IMG/VR virus record: IMGVR_UViG_3300017917_000400
Location: 40,076 to 104,075 of that record
Origin: a virus
Strand: one strand, 5' to 3'
DNA length: 64,000 nt
Below, piece after piece: positions 17,555 through 27,800 of the stretch. Positions within the stretch are counted from its first letter, which is position 1. Every line of letters begins with the position of its first letter. The translations under genes were made by a program, and so were the position numbers. The notes beneath the pieces are model-generated. The model had not been told where the DNA came from and did not search any database. It was given only the letters and a program-made list of their open reading frames with translations.

Positions 17555-18555
17555 AGATTATTATAGATAGCCAACAGAACTTTAGGATCGTAACTGTCGC
17601 TTTGAATACTGGCAATTTGATTGCTAACAATTTGATCTACACTTTCAAACTGTTGCACGTCTAAGTTAGTGTTAATTTCTACATCTTTCTTTTCAGGTAT
17701 CAACGTAAGTTCTCTAATATTTTCTTGCGCCATATACGTTTCTTTAATAAAACTAGCCTCTTCAAAACTAATATCAATATCAATGCCTACTCGTAGATAT
17801 GTTTTAGGCAGTATTAGTTTTTCAGAATTATCAATCAACTCGCTGAGCTTTATAGTCTTAAATTTAGGAGCACCCTCCCATATTTTATAAACAGGAGTCT
17901 TGCCGTGTTCTAAAATCATCATACCCCTATCGTCATCCCACGCATCTGCGTAGTTGTGCGGAAAAGCATTTCCAATATAGACAATATTTTGTTTGGCCTG
18001 TCGCTTGTGAAAGTGTCCGCTGAATACATATTCGGGATTTTTAAAATGATGTGCTTGTAATTCTCCATGGTCTGGCATCTGCACCATAGCATTCATCATA
18101 AACAACGGAAGTTCAAAGTGTCCAAATATGTAACGACTCTTTAATTTCTCCATTTTTTTCCACTCGTCACCTACTAGCCACGGAACCATAGTAACATCAT
18201 CTATAGTAGTAATGTCGCTGACAATAGTGACACCCGGTATATGACGTCCCCAATCAACAGAATGTACATCACGTTTATCTTTGTAATATAAATCGTGATT
18301 ACCTGGGAAGAAATAAAACTGATCAAATGCTTTGCCTAATTTTTCTAAACTACGAATGCTACTAACCATAGTCAGCATATTTAGGCTGTTACGATTGTGA
18401 TGCCAGTCGCCTAGAAATATTCCAGTGTCACAACCTTCTTTTTTGGCTTCGGCAATAAACCAATCTACGAAATCCTCGCAGTCTTGATTGTGTACAGCAG
18501 AATTTGATTTTAGTCCAAAGTGTATATCTGTAAAACAGGCTATCTTTTTAAACAT
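17551..18555 (-). CDS. gp47: Recombination nuclease subunit (gp47/Mre11/SbcD)
   Basis: DIHFG, GDWHH, GNHD, GHFE, SGHFH metallophosphoesterase motifs. Confidence 0.95.
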   Translation of the reverse strand: MFKKIACFTDIHFGLKSNSAVHNQDCEDFVDWFIAEAKKEGCDTGIFLGDWHHNRNSLNMLTMVSSIRSLEKLGKAFDQFYFFPGNHDLYYKDKRDVHSVDWGRHIPGVTIVSDITTIDDVTMVPWLVGDEWKKMEKLKSRYIFGHFELPLFMMNAMVQMPDHGELQAHHFKNPEYVFSGHFHKRQAKQNIVYIGNAFPHNYADAWDDDRGMMILEHGKTPVYKIWEGAPKFKTIKLSELIDNSEKLILPKTYLRVGIDIDISFEEASFIKETYMAQENIRELTLIPEKKDVEINTNLDVQQFESVDQIVSNQIASIQSDSYDPKVLLAIYNNL

Positions 18556-18577
18556 TCTTTACCTTTTTGATTGATAT

Positions 18578-18606
18578 AGTGTAACAAATAATTTACTATA
18601 GGTCAA
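18578..18606 (-). promoter_or_regulatory. Sigma70-type promoter for gp47/46
   Basis: TTGACC-17 nt-TACACT with TGn extension. Confidence 0.6.
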
Positions 18607-19439
18607 TCTTCTCCGGTGATTGTGGGCAAATTTTCTCGTTTCATTGCATTATCGTACTCTTGATTAATCATACGAGTATAACTTGGATTCATTCCGTTTT
18701 CTTGCAAGATATCGTCTCGAATATTTTGCATTTTCTTTTCAATATTGATAACTCTAACAAATGAGTTGGTTACTGCGGCAGTAAAGTAGGCAAATGGGTT
18801 ATCCGATTTACTTTCGTCAAATTGTAATCCAATTTGTGTAAGTTGCAAAATAGCCTGTCCTTTCATTTCGTCGTTATAGGTATAACCTCGAACGTTGCCA
18901 CGGGTAGCATAACGCTCACAGAGTTTGATGTACATGCGAGCCAGTGTGTCTGTGATCTGTCCATGATCCTTACTAAATTTGCCTTTGATCATTCCTCCGC
19001 GCCAGTGGCTTTTTCCTACGCAGACAAGCTCATCGTTTTCGTCAAATTTCCAATGTTGGAAGGCAGGAAAGTTTATTTTTTCTCTGTGATCTGCTTGACT
19101 CTTTGGTGTGCGTTTACGACCCGGTTCTAAAGGAATGTGATCGTAAGTCATGATGCGAAATACTAAATCTGTTTTTTCAATTTTTTTGTAATCAACTTCA
19201 AATTCTGCTAGTTTGACCTTAGTATTTTCTGCTTTGGCTACTTCATATGCCTGCTGTGCTAGACGCTTTGCTCTAGATCTTTTTGCTTCTGCTATAGTTC
19301 TAATATTAATTTTTTCTAAACTAGGTAGAATTAGATCGTATTGATGATATTCTGGTTTGACAAAACTACAGTAGGTATTTTTACTTTTGTGTATTTCTGC
19401 TAGTAAATCTTTGTTGTTTAAGTAGTTTACTTTTTTCAT
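18603..19439 (-). CDS. gp55: Late-transcription sigma factor (gp55 family) with large insertion
   Basis: NYLNNKDLLAEI, GYTYNDEM, FDESKSDNPFAYFT, FVRVINIEKK. Confidence 0.88.
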   Translation of the reverse strand: MKKVNYLNNKDLLAEIHKSKNTYCSFVKPEYHQYDLILPSLEKINIRTIAEAKRSRAKRLAQQAYEVAKAENTKVKLAEFEVDYKKIEKTDLVFRIMTYDHIPLEPGRKRTPKSQADHREKINFPAFQHWKFDENDELVCVGKSHWRGGMIKGKFSKDHGQITDTLARMYIKLCERYATRGNVRGYTYNDEMKGQAILQLTQIGLQFDESKSDNPFAYFTAAVTNSFVRVINIEKKMQNIRDDILQENGMNPSYTRMINQEYDNAMKRENLPTITGED

Positions 19440-19463
19440 TATAATTATGACTCCTCAATATAA

Positions 19464-19498
19464 ATTATAAACTCAGCACTTTATAAAGTCAATAAATA
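19464..19498. promoter_or_regulatory. Sigma70 promoter of gp55 (-) back-to-back with a late promoter of the baseplate operon (+)
   Basis: Minus: TTGACT (19492-19487)-17 nt-TATAAT (19469-19464). Plus: ATAAATA 19492-19498. Confidence 0.7.
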
Positions 19499-19520
19499 TG
19501 TTTAATAAGGATAACCAAAT

Positions 19521-20414
19521 ATGCCAGTAGACTTTAATAATTTTGTAAGTGGTGCAAGATCAATTGCCGGGTCAGCCGCTAATACTCTAGGTACAATTAC
19601 AAACACTGTAAACACATTGAAAACACAGGGATTTGGTGCGGCACTACGTAGCATAAATTTAATCCCAGGAGGGGAAACTGGTTCTAGTTCTAATCCAGCA
19701 TCGGCAATTTTTAGTTCTTCTGCTAGTAGAGACTGGCGGGTTAAATTAAGTTTACCTAATAACCCGGTGTATAAAAGTAGTGCGATATTGAGACCTCTGG
19801 TAGAAACGAATGGTCTAGTGTTTCCTTACACACCAGCAATTCAGATGACACATACGGCAAACTATCAGCCAATGAATCCTGTACACAATAATTATCCTTT
19901 TTTGTCATATGAAAATAGCAAAATTGACGCTATGACAATTAACGGAACGTTTTACTGCGAAGACAGCACAGAAGCCGCATACTGGATTGCCGCAGTGCAT
20001 TTTTTAAAATCTGTAACAAAAATGTCTTTTGGAAAAGATACAAACGCCGGCGCTCCTCCGCCTGTGTTAAAATTAAACGGGTACGGTGACTATGTGTTTA
20101 AAGATGTGCCTGTAGTAGTTACAAACTTTATGATAGATTTGCCTAACGATGTTGACTACATTTCTACAGGATTGTCAGCCAATGCTCCTACAACTGCTAG
20201 TAGAGTTTCTGCCGCAGTGGCCGCAGTGACAGGCTTTCAAATTCCTGGTTCATCTTTAGGACAGGGCGTAGCATGGGCACCAGTAAAGAGCTCAATAAAC
20301 GTTACAGTACAGCCTCTATACAGTAGAGACCAAGTTCGTAATTTCAGTCTTGATAAATTTATCAAAGGAGATTACGTATTAGGCTCTGGCGACAATAAAG
20401 CAGGATTTATTTAA
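19521..20414 (+). CDS. Baseplate tail-tube cap/initiator (gp48/gp54-like)
   Basis: LVFPYTP, GAPPPVLKLNGYG..VF..VPVVVTNF tube-initiator-like motifs; first gene of baseplate operon. Confidence 0.65.
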   Translation: MPVDFNNFVSGARSIAGSAANTLGTITNTVNTLKTQGFGAALRSINLIPGGETGSSSNPASAIFSSSASRDWRVKLSLPNNPVYKSSAILRPLVETNGLVFPYTPAIQMTHTANYQPMNPVHNNYPFLSYENSKIDAMTINGTFYCEDSTEAAYWIAAVHFLKSVTKMSFGKDTNAGAPPPVLKLNGYGDYVFKDVPVVVTNFMIDLPNDVDYISTGLSANAPTTASRVSAAVAAVTGFQIPGSSLGQGVAWAPVKSSINVTVQPLYSRDQVRNFSLDKFIKGDYVLGSGDNKAGFI

Positions 20415-20713
20415 TGGCAAACTATACTAACAAAAGTCCTTGGTTTAAAACAAAAGAGTTGCCTGGATATTTGGCACCAATCAATGTTAGACCAGTAAGC
20501 GCAGAACCCGATGACTGGGTCTATACAGTTGAACCTCAGTACAACTACCGGCCAGATCTATTAGCCAATGACTTATACGGATCTTCAAAGTTGTGGTGGG
20601 TGTTTATGCAACGCAATATGGACATAATCAAAGATCCAGTTTTTGATTTTCGTTCTGGTGTAAAAATTTACATTCCTAAAAAATCTAGTCTTTTCCTTGT
20701 GTTAGGATTGTAA
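20414..20713 (+). CDS. Baseplate wedge subunit (gp53-like, LysM-like)
   Basis: YRPDLLANDLYGSSKLWWVF...G.KIYIP. Confidence 0.75.
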   Translation: MANYTNKSPWFKTKELPGYLAPINVRPVSAEPDDWVYTVEPQYNYRPDLLANDLYGSSKLWWVFMQRNMDIIKDPVFDFRSGVKIYIPKKSSLFLVLGL

Positions 20714-20714
20714 A

Positions 20715-23012
20715 ATGCCATTAGCAGACAGCATTGGAATTCAGCCTAACATACTGGAACTATTCACTTCCTATACTACACTGTTTACAGTTAGTGCGCT
20801 GACCAGCGATCAAATAAATTTTCCTGAATCTAGTTATAAAAACAATCAGTTAGGAAAAATAATTTTAAGAAGTGCCGCAGGTAAACCTGATAACAGAATT
20901 GCTACCGCTTACAAAACATCTGCTAATCCTTCAGGAAAATATGATTTTTATATTGACAATATAGAAATAGGAAGTTTAATAACCTATGATAAAAGAACTA
21001 AAGGTACAAATTCAACTAACATTAGTTTTAATGTATTTGAACCTTATAGTTTAGGTATGTTTTTACAGGCACTACAAATTGCCGCCGCAGAAGTAGCCGA
21101 CAACGGCATAGCAGTAAATTACACAGAGATCCCATATCTTCTAACAATAGAATTTATTGGCTATGATAAAAACGGAAATATTATACCTATAGGAGATGTA
21201 CTGAACAGACATATCCCATTTACCTTTGGTAACATCGATATGGACATTACCGCGTCTGGTTGTAGGTACAGCGTAACAGCAGTTCCTTATAATGAATCTG
21301 CTCTAGCAGATGCAGTAAACATTTTAAAATCAGATATTAAGATTAGCGGAACAACAGTTCAAGAGATTTTGCAATCTGGCGAAAATAGTTTACAGCGATG
21401 GTTAAATGAACGTACAAAGGAGATGGCTAAACAGGGCAGTGAAACAGGCAAAGAAGAATATGTGCCGGATGAAATTGTTATTATTTTTCCTAAAGACGGC
21501 GCTCGTATTTCTTCAACAGAACTACCAGATGACTCGGGGCAGTCAGTGACTGAAAACCCAAATAATTCTGGATCGCAGTCAAAAATAGAAAATAAACTTA
21601 CACTAAACAAAACGTCTGTAGCATCTGCAAGTTCCATAACCTTATTAGTACAGAATTCTGAATCTTTAAATGCTATTGGCACTTCTAAGATGGGGTTCAC
21701 TCTTAATACTGGGGGCGAAAGTCAGTTAAAGCCTAAAGATCAAATACAAAAAGATCCAGATAAGCCAAACTCTAGAAAAGACAATGTCTACGACCCTAAG
21801 GATAAAGTTTTTAAATTTGCCAAGGGTAGTTCTATTATCAATGCTATTACAGAAGTTTTGTTAATGAGTGAATACTGTAAAACTAATGTAACTGCACCGT
21901 CAGATAGTTCAGGTTTAAAAAAATGGTTTAGAGTAGAGACTCAAGTTTATAATTTAAAACCTACGGTTGGTAATAATAATAGAGCAAAAATTCCTAGGTT
22001 ATATGTTTTTAAAGTAGTAGAATATCTAGTACACGAGCATAGATTTAAACCACCTTCATCGCAGCCGCAAGGGTATGAACAATTAAAGAAAAATGCTGTA
22101 AAAGAATATAATTATATCTACACTGGTAAAAATGTAGATATTCTTACTTTTAATATACAATTAAAAGCCGGTATGTTTACCACAGCCTATGCTGATAGAA
22201 ATGCATTATCTGGTTCAGCATATGGTCAAATTAATGGTCAAGGATTAGAAAAAACCGGACAGCCAACTAGCGATGAATCTAATAAAGTATCTACTGATAA
22301 AGGAATACCTAATCAACCAGTAGGCGAACTAGCCTCAAGATACAAAAACGCCGGCGGCGGCCCTAACGACGATTATCGAAGTTTAATTGCTAAAAATTTC
22401 TATGAAGCATTATTAAACAGCCAGGGCGATATGTTAACGGCAGAAATTGAGATTATAGGAGATCCTTATTATATTGCTGACAGTGGCATGGGAAATTTTA
22501 GCGATATTCCTGTTAACTTTAACGAAAACGAAAACGGTTCAATGAATTATCAAAGCGGGGAAGTTGACATTATTGTAAATTTTCGAACACCTGTTGACTA
22601 CAATGGTTTAACAGGTGGTATGGATTTTATTAACGGTGTTGAAAATACAGGATTCAGTGGGTTGTATAATGTACAAGAAGTTATTAACAGTTTTAAGAGC
22701 GGAAAGTTTACGCAAACATTAAAAGCAATTAGAAGACCAATTCAGGAACCTTCTAAAGAAGTACAAAATCCGTCAAGTTCTCCAATACGTGATGAAACAG
22801 GAAAAATAAGCAACATTAGAAGAAATGAGGAAACTGGAGAATTGTATGATGCTACTGGATTATACGAAGATGATGGAAAAACATTGACTAAGAAACCAGG
22901 AGAGGCTGATAAGAAATCAATTGATTCTGTCAGCAGAGGAACAAGAGAAAGTCAAGTTGAATATACAAACTCAGGAATACCAGTTCCTGGACGTCCTAGA
23001 GGTGGTACATAA
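20715..23012 (+). CDS. Baseplate hub protein (gp27/GpD-like)
   Basis: AEIEIIGDPYY and FSGLYNVQEVINSFKSGKFTQTL C-terminal hub motifs; directly upstream of gp5. Confidence 0.65.
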   Translation: MPLADSIGIQPNILELFTSYTTLFTVSALTSDQINFPESSYKNNQLGKIILRSAAGKPDNRIATAYKTSANPSGKYDFYIDNIEIGSLITYDKRTKGTNSTNISFNVFEPYSLGMFLQALQIAAAEVADNGIAVNYTEIPYLLTIEFIGYDKNGNIIPIGDVLNRHIPFTFGNIDMDITASGCRYSVTAVPYNESALADAVNILKSDIKISGTTVQEILQSGENSLQRWLNERTKEMAKQGSETGKEEYVPDEIVIIFPKDGARISSTELPDDSGQSVTENPNNSGSQSKIENKLTLNKTSVASASSITLLVQNSESLNAIGTSKMGFTLNTGGESQLKPKDQIQKDPDKPNSRKDNVYDPKDKVFKFAKGSSIINAITEVLLMSEYCKTNVTAPSDSSGLKKWFRVETQVYNLKPTVGNNNRAKIPRLYVFKVVEYLVHEHRFKPPSSQPQGYEQLKKNAVKEYNYIYTGKNVDILTFNIQLKAGMFTTAYADRNALSGSAYGQINGQGLEKTGQPTSDESNKVSTDKGIPNQPVGELASRYKNAGGGPNDDYRSLIAKNFYEALLNSQGDMLTAEIEIIGDPYYIADSGMGNFSDIPVNFNENENGSMNYQSGEVDIIVNFRTPVDYNGLTGGMDFINGVENTGFSGLYNVQEVINSFKSGKFTQTLKAIRRPIQEPSKEVQNPSSSPIRDETGKISNIRRNEETGELYDATGLYEDDGKTLTKKPGEADKKSIDSVSRGTRESQVEYTNSGIPVPGRPRGGT

Positions 23013-24349
23013 TGGGTATTGAAAATAATCGATCAGTTGAAAAAAGTAGTCGAAGCACGATTGATCCAGGGCCGCATCTTGCTCGAGTTATTAGAACAGA
23101 AGATAACAAATACATGGGAACTCTCCATGTACAGTTATTGCGAGACATTGGCAATATTCCTAACAGCGAAGCCAGCACATATCCAGTTCAGTATCTTAGT
23201 CCGTTCTATGGTGTAACAAATGTTGAACTCATAGGTAAAAATAATACATTTAATGATACACAAAAAAGTTATGGTATGTGGATGGTACCGCCAACTGAGG
23301 GCGGAGTTGTTGTTGTGATGTTTATTAATGGCGATGTTAGTTTAGGTTTTTGGATTGGATGCGTACAAGACGAATACATGAACTTTATGGTACCAGGATT
23401 AGCCGCAACAGAAATAAACACAAAACTTCCTTCATCTAAACAACCTGTCGCAGAATTTAACAGACTAATAGTTGAAGGAAATCAACCAGACTCTACACAA
23501 ATTAAAAAACCAGTACATCCATTTTCTGAAGTGTTGTTGCAACAAGGACTGTTAGAAGACGAGACTAGAGGAATTACAACCAGCAGTGCTCGCCGAGAAA
23601 GTCCAAGTAATGTATTTGGAATATCTACTCCTGGTCCAGTTGATAGAACTCAAGGTGCTCCTCGAGGAAAAACTGGCTCAAAAGAAAATCCGTCTACTGG
23701 AACATTTTACAGCAGACTTGGTGGTACAACGTTTGTTATGGACGACGGTGATGATAATTTTTTAAGAAAAACACTAGCAAGTGATGGCCCGCCAGAATAT
23801 GCTAGTGTAGAAAACGATCAAAAGGGAGGCATTCCTAATATTCCTCATAATGAGTTATTTCGTATTCGTACTAGAACTGGTCATCAAATACTATTACACA
23901 ACAGCGAAGACTTAATCTATATAGGTAATTCCAAAGGCACAACTTGGATAGAATTAACTAGCAACGGAAAAATTGATATTTTTGCTAAAGACAGCATTAG
24001 TATTCATACTAAAAACGATTTAAACATTACTGCTGACAGAGATATTAATTTAACAGCAGGCAGGCATATTAATACAAATGCCGGCGGACATATATGGGAA
24101 ACATCTGTTGGAACTAATGAAACTAAAGCAGGCGGAAATATTGTTGAAACAGCACCAAATATTCATATGAATGGACCAACAGCATCTACAGCACCAACTG
24201 CCTCAAGAATACCTCAAGCAGAACCGTGGAACGGCCATGAAAATTTAAATCCAACAGCACATACTCCAGATAAAACGGTAGCAGGATCTACTGCTGGTAC
24301 GGGAGTTTTAAAGAAAATATTAGACACATTTAAAAAAATAGGAAAATAA
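23012..24349 (+). CDS. gp5: Baseplate central spike (gp5/VgrG-like), OB-fold plus short beta-helix, no lysozyme domain
   Basis: SYGMWMVPP..G..VVVMFING....GFWIGC; RIRTRTGHQILLHNSEDLIYI; repeat INLTAG. Confidence 0.8.
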   Translation: MGIENNRSVEKSSRSTIDPGPHLARVIRTEDNKYMGTLHVQLLRDIGNIPNSEASTYPVQYLSPFYGVTNVELIGKNNTFNDTQKSYGMWMVPPTEGGVVVVMFINGDVSLGFWIGCVQDEYMNFMVPGLAATEINTKLPSSKQPVAEFNRLIVEGNQPDSTQIKKPVHPFSEVLLQQGLLEDETRGITTSSARRESPSNVFGISTPGPVDRTQGAPRGKTGSKENPSTGTFYSRLGGTTFVMDDGDDNFLRKTLASDGPPEYASVENDQKGGIPNIPHNELFRIRTRTGHQILLHNSEDLIYIGNSKGTTWIELTSNGKIDIFAKDSISIHTKNDLNITADRDINLTAGRHINTNAGGHIWETSVGTNETKAGGNIVETAPNIHMNGPTASTAPTASRIPQAEPWNGHENLNPTAHTPDKTVAGSTAGTGVLKKILDTFKKIGK

Positions 24350-24359
24350 ATATTAAACT

Positions 24360-24803
24360 ATGGCAACATATAATGCAGTTTCTGGTAAAAGCGTAATAGC
24401 CCAAAATGGGATATCTGATCCCGTACCTACAGGCAGAGCCTATCGAGGTGTTAGCACTGTTGCTAGTCCTACTGGTAGTTTTACTCTATACGATTTAAGT
24501 TTAATCAAGCAAGATCTGATAAATCATTTACACATTCGTCAAGGCGAAAAATTAGAAAATCCAGAGTTTGGGTGTATTATTTGGGATCTTTTGTTTGATC
24601 CGCTTACAGAAGAATTAAAAGACGCTATAGCAGAAAATGTCACAGAAATAATGAACTACGACCCTAGAGTCAAAGTAGATAGTTTAATCGTCAGCGAGTA
24701 TGAAAGCGGCATACAAGTTGAATGCGAATTAACTTACCTTCCTTATAACATATCAGAACAGTTACGTTTCAAATTTGACAACGATAACAACATCCTCAGT
24801 TAA
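24360..24803 (+). CDS. gp25: Baseplate wedge/sheath initiator (gp25 family)
   Basis: LIKQDLINHLHIRQGEKLENPEFGCIIWDLLFDP, YDPRV. Confidence 0.9.
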   Translation: MATYNAVSGKSVIAQNGISDPVPTGRAYRGVSTVASPTGSFTLYDLSLIKQDLINHLHIRQGEKLENPEFGCIIWDLLFDPLTEELKDAIAENVTEIMNYDPRVKVDSLIVSEYESGIQVECELTYLPYNISEQLRFKFDNDNNILS

Positions 24804-24827
24804 TAATCTACGCACATTTTAAATACG

Positions 24828-24834
24828 ATAAATA
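24828..24834 (+). promoter_or_regulatory. Late promoter (ATAAATA) for gp6
   Basis: Core motif upstream of GAGGG SD and ATG 24853. Confidence 0.55.
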
Positions 24835-24852
24835 GTTTATCGAGGGCTAATT

Positions 24853-27800
24853 ATGGCAAGTGTAGATAGACAAAATAAACTTATTGCGGCAGAAGACTGG
24901 AAAAAAGTATACCAGAGTTTTAAAAACGCAGACTTTAAATCGTACGACTTTGACAACCTTCGTCGTACAATGATCACGTATCTACGTGAAAATTATCCAG
25001 AAGATTTTAACGATTATATTGAGTCAAGTGAGTACTTGGCCCTTATTGATCTCATCGCATTTTTAGGTCAAAACCTAGCATTCCGCTTTGACTTAAATGC
25101 TCGTGATAACTTCCTTGAACTAGCAGAACGTCGTGAAAGCGTACTACGTTTAGCACGTCTATTAAGTTATAATCCTAAGCGTAATCAGCCAGCCAACGGA
25201 CTTTTAAAGTTTACCTCTATATCTACAACAGAAACTGTACTAGACAGTAATGGCAGAAATCTATCTAATCAAACTATTGTTTGGAATGACAGTGCAAATG
25301 CTAACTGGTACGAACAATTTATTAAAGTATTAAATGCATCTTTACCAGAAACTAGTCAATTTGGTAAACCGTTAGCCAGCGCAACAATCAGTGGTGTTCC
25401 TTGTGAACAATATAGATTTAATGCATCAAACACAGAAGTTCCAATTTACGGTTTTAGTAAAAACATCGACGGCCGCAACGTAGATTTTGAAGCAGTGTCA
25501 ACTACATTTTCTGGATCTGATTCAATTTATGAAGAAGCACCTTTTCCAACAAATAGTCTAGCGTTCTTATATAGAGACGACGGCGGCGGCCCACCAAGTA
25601 GCAACACAGGTTTCTTTGTTCACTTCCGTCAAGGAACATTACAAGAAAGCACATTTACAATTGATCGTCCTAGTACCAGCGAAACATTAGATATTGATAG
25701 TCCTAATATTAACAATTCTGATGTGTGGCTATACGGATTAGATAGTATTGGATTTGAAACAACACTGTGGACTAAAGTAGATGCTGTTGAAGGCAACAAT
25801 GTCATTTATAATAGTGTAAACAAAAATATTAGAAACATTTATAGTGTATTAACTCGATCGCTTGATCGTGTAAGATTAATTTTTGCAGACGGTACATTTG
25901 GTAATTTGCCTCAAGGCAACTTTAAAGTATATTATAGAATTAGCAATGGATTATCTTATTCTATCAATCCGGCGGACGTTAGAAATGTTTCTATTGATAT
26001 TCCTTACATTAGTAGATCTGGAAAAAAAGAAATTGTAACTATTGCACTAGGTTTAAAATATACAGTTACAAATGCTACAATCGCAGAAACAACTGATAGT
26101 ATTAAAACCAATGCACCTGCAACATACTACACACAAAGTCGTATGATTACAGGCGAGGATTACAACGTCTATCCTTTAAGTATCAACCAAGAGATTGTAA
26201 AAGTAAAATCAATCAATAGAATTAGCAGTGGTATCAGTCGATACTTTGACTTAAAAGACAGTTCAGGAAAATATAGCGCAACAAATTTATTTGGCACAGA
26301 CGGTGTTCTGTATAAAGAGCCAACAACAAATTCTTTTACATTTAGTGTAAGCACACGAACTGATATTGAAAACGTAGTTTTAAATCAAGTTATACCAATT
26401 TTATCTGATAGAAAAACTGTTGATTTTTACCTTGACAAATATCCTAAGATTATATTAGATCCAGTTTTCAGTTCTTTCTATCAGCAGACTAGTGCAGTAA
26501 ATCTTTCTACAGGTTATATAGGAGATGTAGATGATGCATCTACTAAAAAATTAGGAGCATTTACAAGTTCTAATTTACGATACATAGTTCCAGGGTGTTT
26601 GATAAAATTTACTCCCGAAGCGGGAAAAGTATTTGATAAAGATAATAATATTATTGATCTAGCAAATGCCGATGCAGACTCAAAAACTTATGTTTGGAGT
26701 AAAGTAATTAATGTTATTTCAGATGGCACAGCCTCAAATACTGGAGTACTTGCAGACGGAACTGGACCTGTAATCCTAAACGATATAATTCCAACTGGCG
26801 CTAATTTAAATTCAATATTACCTAAATTTGTTACTGGATTAGAATCTAGTGTTATTACAAGAATAGTAGATTTAATTTTTGCTAATAAAGAGTTTGGACT
26901 ACGCTACGATGCAAATCAAACCACATGGAAAATTATTTCAGACACAAACGTAGATAAGAAAAATGATTTTAGTTTAGGTAAAGCCGGCGATGTAAGCAAT
27001 CAACAATTAGATGCTAGTTGGATAATCTTGTTTGAAACCAACGGAGAAGTCTACACAGTTACTAGCAGAGGAACACGATACGTGTTTGAAAGTGAAAAAG
27101 AAATTAGATTCTTCTATGACAGCAGTGACAAAGTTTATGACACAAGCTCAGGAAAAATTATACGAGATAGTATTACAGTTTTAGGAATTAATACAGAGCC
27201 AGATACTACCAGTCCTATAGATCAAGATATCAAATGGGAAATTGTTGACGACTATAAAGGCGCCGACGGCTACATTGATTCAAAGAAAATTTCAATTAGT
27301 TTTTATGACAATGACGAAGACGGTGTTGTAGATAACCCAGAAATTTTTGATATCGTTGTTGCACCTAGTGTAAATCCAGCAGAAAAATTTATTTTTCAAA
27401 AGAGTAGAATTAGCATTGATGGCGTAACAGATTATTATTACATCAGTAATAACAACGACTTAATTAAAATTTATGCATCTCAAGGTGCAATAGATTCAAA
27501 TGTTTTAGCAGATCAGCAGTTAGTTTATATTATAGATGAAGATGTAGTTAAGGTATTCTACAAAGAAAGTGTAACCTTTGTTATTACAACAGAATATCGT
27601 GCCTTTGTAGGAAGAGATTTATTAAAATTTCAATACGTACACGCCGCAGACGAAAGTGCAAGAATTGATCCTGCCGCAACTAATATCATTGATGTCTTTA
27701 TGTTAACTAAGTCTTATGATGCTCAATACAGACTATGGTTAAGCGGTGAACTGGCAACTAGACCGTTGCCTCCAAGCAGTGATGCATTGTATATTAATTT

